From: the human T2T-CHM13v2.0 reference genome, Homo sapiens | DNA length: 64,000 bases | Assembly: GCF_009914755.1 (NCBI RefSeq) | Contig: NC_060925.1 | Reading direction: 5' to 3' (one strand) | Shown: piece by piece, positions 53,515-64,000 of the stretch | Layout of the letters: each line of letters opens with the position of its first letter | Numbering within the stretch: the first letter of the stretch is position 1 | Program-made: the position numbers and the translations under genes | The notes under the pieces: model-generated | Seen by the model: the letters and a program-made list of their open reading frames with translations, nothing else | Told to the model about the DNA's origin: nothing | The model's database searches: none

Positions 53515-53554
53515 ATCTCCTAATTCAAAGACAAAGACCTTTGAATTAGGAGAT
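53515..53554. repeat. Perfect 16-bp inverted repeat with an 8-nt loop
   Basis: ATCTCCTAATTCAAAG acaaagac CTTTGAATTAGGAGAT. Confidence 0.95.
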
Positions 53555-54629
53555 CATAAGGATGGATCTTAGGTCAGAGACTTCTATATTCTCAAAGGAC
53601 AGATTTTGGGAATCAGAAATTGACCCTATGACTTGGTTGCCTTTAGTAAGCAATGTTATTATATATTCACAATAATAATAATAATATTTATACTTACACT
53701 TATTTTTACTACAGGGAACTCCCAATTAGCTTTTTTCTATCCGGAGATTTTAGATAATAAACACAAAACTTCCACTCAAAAAAAGTGGAATAGCAAAAAT
53801 CTGTAAGATACGCTTTTTGTGTGAGATGATAGTATTCAAATTTGTTATTACCTAAGAGGAAATCAATATGTGACTGTGTGTGGATATGATTTAAGTGTTT
53901 TCTATTACTTAGAACTCTAACAATGACAAGCATTATTTTATAGAACTTTTAATTATTATTTTATATAGGCAATGACTTGAAAATCCCTTTCAACTTCAAG
54001 TCTCCATGATAGGAGATTATAGGACAATAAGATACCTGGAAATACTGTAGAGTTTGTCTTCAATCCCACTAAGCTAATATATTGGCTAGTAGTCAGTTTG
54101 AAAAGCAAACATTTTATAGTGATTATAGAAATATTAATAAGTGAAATATAAAGCCCAAACACCTAATACTAATTAAATTGTAGATGTGAACTTCTAATTT
54201 TCCTTTTACTTTATGGTAAGAAAAAGTAATATATAATAGAAATGATTCATAAATCTGGGGACTTAATTTTTAAGAAATGTCCCAAGTTATTTTACTATTC
54301 TGGACTTTGTTTTACCTATCTATGACATTTTTAAAAAACTGAACTTAATAGTCTTTAATATTTTATAAAATATATTTATTTTAAGGAGATACAAAATATG
54401 TTTATTTTTGAATCACTCACCTCCATTCTTCCCTTTGCATAGGAAGCATAATCCACTAGAGTTGGTATGAAAACTCTTGGTAATCTTGGAGTTTAATATA
54501 GATATTATAATGAATTGAACGTATTATGCTTGTATAATAAGTTAGTCTCACTTTTTTCTTTAAGAGTCAATGCCTAAAGGAATTCCAACTCTTTTAATAA
54601 CAGTGTACATTCATTTTCGAAAAGAACAC

Positions 54630-55228
54630 TTTTTTTAAAATTATGGTAAGATATGCATAAAATAAAAATTTACCAACTTAGCTATTTTTAAGTGTAGAGT
54701 TCAGTCGTGTTAAGTCTATTCACATTGTTGTGCAACCAATCTTCAGAACTTTATCATCTTACAAAACTGAAGTTCTAGGCTTTAAATAACCCTATTTTCC
54801 CTTACCTCAACTCATGAAAACCACTGTTTTACTTTTGGTTTCTTCGAGTTGGACAACTTTAGATATCTCACGTAAGTAGAACCATACAGCATTTCTCTTT
54901 TTGTGACTGGCTAATTTCACTTAGCATAATGTCCCCAAGGTTCACCCATGTTATAGAATGTGTTGAAATCTTCTGCCTTTCAAAGGCTAAACAATGTTTC
55001 ATGATATCTATATACCATATCCATCCATCTGTGGAATTGACATTTGGATTGTTTATACATTTTGGCTCTTATGAATAATGCTGCTTTGAACATGAGTGTA
55101 CAAATGTTCTTTGAGACCCTGCTTTTAATTATTTCAGATATACATCCAGAAATGGAATTGTCAGATCATATAGTAATTCTATTTTTAGTATTTTGAGGAA
55201 ACTCCATATTGTTTTCCATAGTGGCTGT
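54630..55228 (-). mobile_element. L1MB 5'-truncated 3' end
   Basis: AAATTTACCAACTTAGCTATTTTTAAGTGTAGAGTTCAG...ATTCACATTGTTGTGCAACCAATCTTCAGAAC. TSD core AGAACAC at 54623-29 and 55233-39. Confidence 0.88.
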
Positions 55229-55397
55229 GGATAGAACACCTTTTAAAAATTGAATTGTCTTGTTTAATGCAGCTTGTCATCTTTCCAACTATATTGTGAT
55301 TTTCATGTTTTAGGTAGGGCTTAATTATGAAACTTTTTTGACTGTTATAAACATACTGAAATAAGTCTTAGAAGCAATAAGTAACTACTGATCAATC

Positions 55398-55710
55398 TAT
55401 TCATTCAGGCAGCATTTATTGAACATTTACCATGTACTAGACATTGTTTTAGAGGCTAGGGATATATAAATAAGCCAAACACAAAATCTCTGTCTTCCTT
55501 TGCTGTGGGGGATGAATGAAAAATTATATAATATATTGTCAAATGAAATATATGGAAATAAATATGATAAGATCGTGAATAAATACAAAACTTTGATGAG
55601 CTAGGCAGGCAAATAATCTCTGGGTGGGTGTCATTTGAGCAGACGACGCATGAAGTTGATCAATTGTAAAAGTCATAAGTCTCTAGAGATGGGAATAGGA
55701 ATAGAGGTTT
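55398..55710 (-). mobile_element. L2 3' end
   Basis: ATTCATTCAGGCAGCATTTATTGAACATTTACCATGTACTAGACATTGTTTTAGAGGCTAGGGATA. Confidence 0.75.
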
Positions 55711-56989
55711 TAAGGAATGGTTTAGCCATTCTCATCAATGCATTTGCTTTTATAGGACTATTTTCTGCTATGTATATGAAGAAGTTCATTCTAAATACTA
55801 TTCAAATCATAGAATTAAACTAGGAACATAAATTCTATAAAATTTATATTTTATATTTTGCTTTCATTTTCTGCTGTTGAACATGTAGCTCCTCAGTAAC
55901 AATTATTCTGGAAAAAAACAGCAATTTCCTAGTGTTATATGTCTGATGATTTTAGACATGTCATTAAATTTCCTCATTTCCTCTTTGAGATATAACTAAA
56001 TTTAACCTTTTACTTAGTTTAGCTGTTAAATAATGGACTTTAATATAACTTGCAAATATTTAATATTCAAAAGGTATTGCACAAATGAATTGACATTCAG
56101 CTACTAAATATTTAACATATTTAACAATGCTTCATTCTTTGAAAACAAACTTTCTCTCTAATATGTATTGCCATTTTCATGGCACAATGCCCTATAATGA
56201 ATAACTCCTTGTACTCAAAAACACTTATTTTAGACCAAGATGAGCATCTGTAAAATATTTGACCTATTTATCCTAACAATAATTGGTGAAAAATCATAAT
56301 CACTAGACAGAAAACAGGAAGTGAATTTCTGTACTAATTATGTACTAATATTACTCTCTGAAATAGCTCCTAAAATGTTTATATGTAAATTAAGTATTGT
56401 GTTATTAACACAGAATCCCAATATACAAGGTGAAGCGAGCTAAAAATACAGCATTTTCAAAAAGAAGATAAAAGTTAAACAGAAAATAATAAACAATTTT
56501 CATAAAACTGTCTATATTTCCAATAGGAAAGTAAAACCTAGTGCACCTCTACAGGACAATTTTGAACTGTTAAAAGGGACTTTGTAGTTTTAAAATATAA
56601 CCACTAATGTTGTTGGTTAAAATTGCATTAGTTCCATCAATTTATGCTTTGTGGTTTTACATATGGCTGGTTATGATTACTTACGTGTGGGTCATAAAAA
56701 CCCAGTGTGTTTTCCAAGCAGTCAAATTGCCTGTCAGCTGCTAAAGGGACAGAATTAATGAGAAACTTACTTTATAGTCTGAAGAATAGCAGCTGGGGTC
56801 TGTTTTAACAAGTCCCGGAAAACATACATGGAGGGAAGTTCTTTGTGGCTAGACTTATACCTAGCCTTATTTCTAAAAAGTTCTCACTGAATTGAACAGT
56901 CAAACAGACAAAAATTAAGGACATTATAATAGCTTTACACATCATTGATTACTAGTAAAAAAGTGGAGGACAATTTTCTCCTATGGAAT

Positions 56990-57118
56990 GGAGCTCTGTG
57001 AAGGTCAAGATCACCTACGATGATTCCAGAGTCCCATCCCAGATCCACTGCATCAGAAATGTCTGGGAGTTGTGTCCTGACATCTGCATATTTATACCAA
57101 GATTCAGAGTCACTGTCC
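56990..57118. mobile_element. MER5-like MITE fragment
   Basis: GATTCCAGAGTCCCATCCCAGATCCACTGCATCAGAAATGTCTGGGAG...CATCTGCATATTT. Confidence 0.5.
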
Positions 57119-57420
57119 CAAACGTTTCCGGATATTTCACTTGACATACTTTGCCTCTTTATCCCAGACACTTTCCCTTTATACCCTTCCGCTCTACATA
57201 GATTTTGCATATCAATATTTACACATTTGTCTGTCACTTTGATGCTGACTCTATACTCATAAATGTATATATGAACCTGTCCTTTTATTATTAATATCAA
57301 TATTTATGTAAGAAGAATGACTCACAGAATTATAATCCTTTGACGTTTTCACTTAATCGTTATACTTTCATTTACTCAGTGTTATATAAAGTAATAGACT
57401 ATTATCCTAATCTTTTATAT

Positions 57421-58525
57421 TTGAATTTTTATTAAGATAATTGTATATTCACACGCAATTATAAAAGTAATACATAGAGACCTCATGAACCCTTTACTCC
57501 CAATTAAATATTTCTCCCAATGATAACATTTTTCAAAACTGTAGAGCAATACCACAACCAAAATATTGACATTGATATAACCCACAAATCTTATTCAGAT
57601 TTTCCACTTTTACATATACTCATGTAGGTATGGGAGATGTGAATGTGTGTATTTAATTCTATCAATTGTATCACATGCGTAGATCTGTGTATCCACCACC
57701 ACGATCAAGATACTGAACAGTTCCATCGCCACAGGATCTCTTCTCTTGCCCTTTCCTGAACACGACTGCCCCCCTCCCAGGCAGTCCACTTCCATAAGCC
57801 CTGGAAATCACTAATGTTTCCAAACTTTTGTCATTTGAAAATGTTATATAAAGGGTTTCATAGAGTATAACTAACTTTGGGAATTAGCTGTTTTTACCAA
57901 GCGTAATTCTCTGTTACATGTATCAATATTCATTCCTTTTTATTGCTGAATAGTAGTCCATGGTGTTTATGTAGTACAGTAACTATTCGTTTAGCAATAT
58001 CTACACTGTTTGAAATTTTTAGCTATTACGAATAAAGCTTCTATGAGCCTTTGTGTACAGGTTTTTGTGTGAACACAAGTTTTCATTTCTCTGGGATAAA
58101 TGCACAACAGTGCAACTGCTGGGGCACATGATAATTGAATGTTTATCTTTTTAGGAAACTGCCACGTGTTTTTCAAAAGTGGCTGTACACTTTAAATCAT
58201 CACAGTGATGTATGAATGATCCACTTTCTCCACATGCTAACCAGCATTTGATATTGTCACTTTTTTTTTCTTTTTTGCTGTTCTGATAGACATGTAAAGA
58301 TACTTCATTGTAGTTTTAATTTGCACTTCCTTGATGATTATAAGATGTTGCACATGTTTTCAAGTGCTTATTTTCCATCTGTATATCCCCTTCAGTGAAA
58401 TGTCTGTTCGTGTCTTTTGCTCATTTTATAATTAAATTGTTTGCTTTTTACTGAGTGTTAAGAGTTCTTGATATACTCTAGATACTATTCCTTTTTCTGA
58501 TACACAGTTTGCAAATATTTTTTAT
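57421..58525 (-). mobile_element. L1MC1/2-like 3' fragment
   Basis: ATAATTGTATATTCACACGCAATTATAAAAGTAATACATAGAG...ATCCACCACCACGATCAAGATACTGAACAGTTCCATC. ORF 57991-58176 IYPREMKTCVHTKTCT is the L1 ORF2 C-terminus. Confidence 0.87.
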
Positions 58526-61500
58526 TTTTAGAAGAGAAATATAAAACCATTTATCTGGTTTTCTAAAATCATGGTTAAGACAAAATAAAATTATTTAATT
58601 TTACTTTAAAGTAAAATTCATGTGTAACAATAAATGAAAAAAGGAGATAAAGCAATAAAAAAAGGAATTAAAAAAAGCATAAAAAGAGAAAACGTGCCAA
58701 AAGTATAAAGATAACATGCACGGAAAGGAAAAGATAACATTTCCTTTTGCTGCTTAGTGGCATACTAGAATTTTGCCTCTACAGTCTAGAAGGTAACATT
58801 TGTATAAGCATCAAAGGAAGAACAAGTCAATATTATCCATAAGAAATGAAAAGCAAATGAGTTAGATGTGTTTTTTCATTTGGTTCTTTTCCAGTGTTTA
58901 TTGCATCTCTTAAAGACAGTTAAGGATGTATTAAATGCCCAGAGTCAAGAATAACCAGACAACTTTTATTTGGATATATTATTCATGAACAATATGTAGA
59001 ATTTTAAAGAAAATATTTTTGTTTATTATTTTGCAAAACACCCTCTACAAATATCAAAAGAAATGGAGTAAATTTGGAAAATTTTACCCTTAATTACCGT
59101 CTTTCTTTCTTGAACACTTTTTAAGTAGCAAATACTCTTAAAATTTAAAATATAAGGATATACATGTTAATATATATTAATATCAAAGTGTTCTTATAAA
59201 TGCACTGAGAGTTTTTCCTCTGAAAATACTATTAATTTTTTGCTTAATTTTAAAATCAGCATTATCTAAAAGTCAACAAAATTTAATAAATTTTTGGTAT
59301 ATTAATAAGACAGCCCAAACATTCTCCCATTTCTTTTTCATCTTGCATTTCTCACTAATTCAACATGATTTTAATGCAGTTAAGGTAAGAAATCCATTAA
59401 AATCTCATTGTTACTCTCTGCCTAAGTTTCAGGAAACAAAAATAAACATAAAATATGTTAAGCATTTAATAAATGTGCAAAAGTTACAAAACAATATACA
59501 GCATTTTATTAGATGATAAAATAGCATATTAGTGAAGGTGAAATGAGTAACATTTAGGAAGTCAGAAGATTTATTATAATTTTGAATAGAAGTTTTATAG
59601 TATTAAAAAATAGATAGGAATCCCAGCTTTATGAATTTGGGTAATCTTCTTAATCTCCCTTTGAGCTCAGTTTCTTATCAAATGGGAAATGTTATTATTA
59701 TTGGTTATAATTAATGTAGGTTAAGAGGAAGATAAGGGATAGTCACAAATGTCTTTTATTAAAGAGGTAGAAAGTGAACTGGATCTGAGACATGGAGTTA
59801 AGTTGAAGATGAAAAAAAAGGAGTCATGGAAATCTTTCATAGAAAAAGTGGGAAGCAAGGTGTATCCTTAAAAAGTGGGTAAAAATTAGGTAAGGGGGAA
59901 TTCAGTGAAGATGTTTTAGAGAGTGCAAGCACTCAAGTCAAGTCACAAAGACACACAGCCAAAGCCAGAGGATAAAGAACCTCTACGCCAGACTGGGGAC
60001 TTTGGACGCACTGACAGTGAGTCTGAAGTTTTTGAATGAGGTATTACCATGATAGACACAATTATTTTGGCAGTATTGCCAAACATTGAAATGAGAAAAA
60101 GGCCATTAATAAAAATCATAAGAAAATCGGAAAACCTATGGTTAAGTCCCAAGGTCCAAAAAAATTGAAAAAAGAAAAACTTATCCTCTAACAAAGATAA
60201 AGTTTCTGCCAAGTATGTTGATGGCCTTAAACATGCAACCAAGCTCAAAATCCATGAGCTCAAAAAGTTGGCTGCTTGATTAAATGTATATTTTATCTCA
60301 AAATTTAGCACGTTAGTTGACAGGGTCCAGGTCTTTAAGTAGCAGTTTGCTCTAAAGGATGAGCTATATTTTCAAGAAATAGACTTTTCTTGAAAAAAGA
60401 AAAGTTGGGAGTCTAACTAGACTCTACTCTCTATTACAGTATAAGAATTTCGACAGAAAATGGAAAGGAAAATCCTCTGAAACATGTTTATCAGCAAATG
60501 ACCTGATCAGCTATGATCCATCACAGGCAGATCATGGGTCTGTAAATCAGTACATCCCAGGAAGCAAGTTTAAATGGATTTGAGATTACTGACACTTTTT
60601 ATTAAAGTTCCTTCATAACTCAGGGAAGGAAACTATAATACCCCAAATGTTGCACCTTTTAAAACTTCATAGGTTATCTTATTTAAAACAGAAAACTTTC
60701 TTATTTTAGGATTCTTTTAAACAGCTTAAGCCACTAAGGCTTAAAGGCAGAGCTGACAATTTTAAAAGGTTCTTTGAGGTTGTATGCCATTTTTAGAGCA
60801 TTGAATGCTTCCTATCACAAACTTGATCAGTCTAAGGCAGTTCTCTTGATAGCCTCCTCAGCTACCAGACAGAATGATATCATATACCATTCCAAGACAA
60901 GGGGAGTCAATGAGAATAGCGGCCCAAAGCACACTAAAACTATACAGGGGGTTCTTTAACACTAGTGAAATAGACGTTTGTTTTTACAGTCATCAACTTG
61001 GAAGCTTTCGTCTTTGGGCATAGCTAAATTAGAAAATGGTCCCTGTTTCTGGAGAGATACCCTGCTGGAGTCAGATTTTTCTAATTTGCAAAGCTTGGTT
61101 GACCTCAGTTCTTTGTATGACCTTAGATGTGAATCTTGAATACATCGTTTTCAGTAGTATTAATTAGTTTTACATACTTAAGCAGTATATGCAAATATAT
61201 GGAAATCAATGTTCTTTTTTTATGTAACATAATATAAATATGCGTGCCCTAGATTCTTTGAAAACAGTTAAGCTTCTTTATTCAAGAGAAACTTTCACAT
61301 TGGTCTTTCAATAATAACGGGGAAAAAAAAATCACCTGTAATACTTTTAAGTAACCCTGTAACAATTCTAAGCCCTTCAAATAACTTTTGTAGAAGGCAT
61401 CTTTCAATATTTGTTTTCTCAATTTTAGACTAGAATTTTATGCTTTGTTTTTATTAACTGGCTTTGATCATTGTCCTTGCCAGATTTCATCAGACAGGAT

Positions 61501-61954
61501 AAAGACATCAGAAAGTTCAACTAAAATCATAAAGTGTAAAGACACTTAGATTTTCTTATTATCACAGACCTCTGGGGCTCTTTTATTTCTTTTCACAAAG
61601 TTGATCCATCTTTATTTGTTGTATAGTCTGTTAAACAAAATGTCCTAAAGTAATTAAGACAAAATTAGTTTAATAAAAATGTTCAAGGAAGCACCTGACT
61701 AGGTAAATCCTGACATGGGTCTAAAGCAATATTTGAAAATAGTGGTTTATGTGTGTTATGGGAAAACTCTTTATTAACAAATGTTTTATATTTATATAAC
61801 ATATGGCACACAGAATAGAATCTTACTCCATACTCATGATGGTCACCTGAATCTTGGTTGTAATGGGTAAATTAGAGTTTATCCAGTCTTATCTATGACT
61901 ATAACTGGAGGTATTAGTAACATTCTGATTATGGTAGAAAACATGAGTTAAAAA

Positions 61955-62009
61955 TACACACACATGCACACAAGCGCACGTGCACCCCCCCCCCCCCCAC
62001 ACACACACA
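61955..62009 (+). repeat. (CA)n compound microsatellite with a poly-C run
   Basis: Direct reading. Confidence 0.85.
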
Positions 62010-62517
62010 AAGCATGGTATGGGCCTATAGGAATTTTCTATATAGTTTCAATATGAAAACATAGAAACTAAAAATAATATGCAGAACAAGTTCAAGAATT
62101 ACAACAATCTTCATTCCCTAGGAATACTCAGCCCCATGTAGCTAATGATAATCACTGTCCTGGTCTCATTTAGCAACTTTTATTCTTTCTATATATACTC
62201 CTGTTAGTATATGAATGAATATTTTCTAGTATCAGGATTTATGCATAAATTTCAAGGAATTTTGCCTCTTTCTGCAATTAATAATATTTTTCGTGTTATT
62301 CTATCTCCACCATCTGGAGTTCTGTTATAGTTTTTCCAGAAGTGAATCACATTCCCCTAAAACATTATTAAATAATGTCTGTTTCAACCATTGTTCTTAA
62401 TAGTGGGGTGTCTACTTTTTTACTGTTATTCTTTATTTCATAAAAAATTATACAATTCTTAGAAATAAGCAAAAAGGAATGGCATATACTTTAAATTTCA
62501 TACTGATGCATTGTTTT

Positions 62518-62795
<278 letters not shown>

Positions 62796-62967
62796 GCATT
62801 GTTTTATAAGCACATGGAATGATTGTTTAATTCTCTAGGAGAATGTACCTGTGCTTGGTTTTGCTGCTTATCTAATAGATTAGAAGCCAGATATTGTGAA
62901 GTTGCATGTTAATTTTTAGATTTCTATCTAGTAGAAAATATAATTCCAAAAGTTATGGCTTTGAAGC

Positions 62968-63364
62968 TGTTAAATTGTTTAGTCTGAAGCTGCCTTCTTA
63001 CATATTTTAAGTTTGACCTAAAGGTTTCTCTGTAGATCATGAACTATAACCTAAATGGACATGTAAGCAGGCTGTAGCTACTCTTGTGCTGATCACAGAG
63101 TTTGGGCCAATCAAAGTGGCCAACTGTTCAAATTATGTTCAAATAAGGCAAACGCCAAGCTGTAACCAATCTGGCTGTTTCTATACCTCACTTTCATTTT
63201 CTGTAGATCACTTTCCTTCTTCTGCCCATAAATCTTCTCCCACTATGTGGCTGCGCTGGAGTCTCTGAGCCTACTCTGGCTTGGGAGGCTGCGTGATTCG
63301 TGAATAGTTCTCTGCTCAGTGAAACTCTGTTAAACTTAATTCAGCTAAAGTTTTTCTTTCAATA
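62968..63364 (+). mobile_element. MER57 solo LTR (ERV1)
   Basis: TGTTAAATTGTTTAGTCTGAAGCTGCCTTCTTACATATTTTAAGTTTGACCTAAAGGTTTCTC...TGTTCAAATAAGGCAAACGCCAAGCTGTAACCAATC. Confidence 0.88.
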
Positions 63365-63579
63365 ATGTCTTAAAGCATACTAATCAGTTTTGTTTGTATG
63401 ACCCTATTCTAAAATTCATACTTACATGAACTTCAGTTCTCAAAGTCTTTTGAAACCAGTTTTATCATTTTTCTCCTTTCATTCATTAATGTGTTCAATA
63501 AAATATCTGACATATATCCTTTCCCTATTTGTATGAGTCATGTTTTAGCCCTTTGAAATTACACTTTGATCATTTCATG

Positions 63580-63960
63580 CATTATTTCCACCCAAGCTGC
63601 CCCAAATTTCACATTTTTGAATGCTTCATTCATACAAGAATGAATTCTCCTTTAAAAATATTCAAATATTCTAAACAAGCCTAAATCTAAAGCATAAATG
63701 TTTCCTCACCTCTTCTCGAAACCTACCTTCTGCTACTAAGCCAGATCATTTCCCAATTTTAACCATAGCTATTAGTTTGATGTTTTTCAACTGCAGCATT
63801 TTCTATGCTTTTGCGTGTATCCATATATGCCTATGTTAACTTAAATTGTAATAAACTGTATGAAATAGACTGCCCTATATGTTTTGATAATCTTTCCATT
63901 TTATTCCTCATTCTTGACTGCTGCATAATGTTCTGTGGTAATAAATGTCATAATTTGTTT
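63580..63960 (+). mobile_element. L2 fragment
   Basis: AAATGTTTCCTCACCTCTTCTCGAAACCTACC...AAACTGTATGAAA...ATAAATGTCATAATTTGTTTAAA; degenerate. Confidence 0.4.
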
Positions 63961-64000
63961 AAACTTTCATCTATTAAGATGAATTTAGGCTACTTCCAAT

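Noticed and set aside
59943-60311. 122-aa minus-strand ORF, also 27565-27906 and 56935-57300
   Set aside because: Non-ATG starts, low-complexity F/L/I/K composition typical of AT-rich chance ORFs, and no recognisable domain or splice context.

Overview
AT-rich, non-coding human DNA. A diagnostic AluYb9 at 62.5 kb indicates human rather than another primate. I found no credible protein-coding exon, RNA gene, CpG island or CRISPR-type array. The listed ORFs are Alu, L1 or LTR read-throughs, chance ORFs, or fossil retroelement frames. The window is a layered fossil record of transposons: 8 near-complete Alus plus a fragment, several L1M/L1P fragments (mostly minus strand), ERV1 solo LTRs (MER41A, MER61/LTR9-like, MER52, LTR27-like, MER57), MaLR and ERVL LTRs, an ERVL integrase/dUTPase remnant, MIR, L2 and MER5. 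I cannot support a new biological system. The best leads are: (1) a ~1 kb ancient CR1/L3 LINE remnant at 5.7-6.7 kb with a readable RT and retained CpGs, a candidate exapted element; (2) an exact SOX2-OCT4 composite motif, ATTTGCATAACAATG, inside an ERV1 LTR at 26724; (3) an old L1 with both termini and TSDs that lacks ORF1 and 5' ORF2, possibly a spliced integrant; (4) several templated-insertion, hairpin and duplication scars; (5) the young, possibly polymorphic AluYb9. Subfamily names come from remembered consensus sequences and need Dfam/RepeatMasker confirmation. Boundaries of old elements are approximate.
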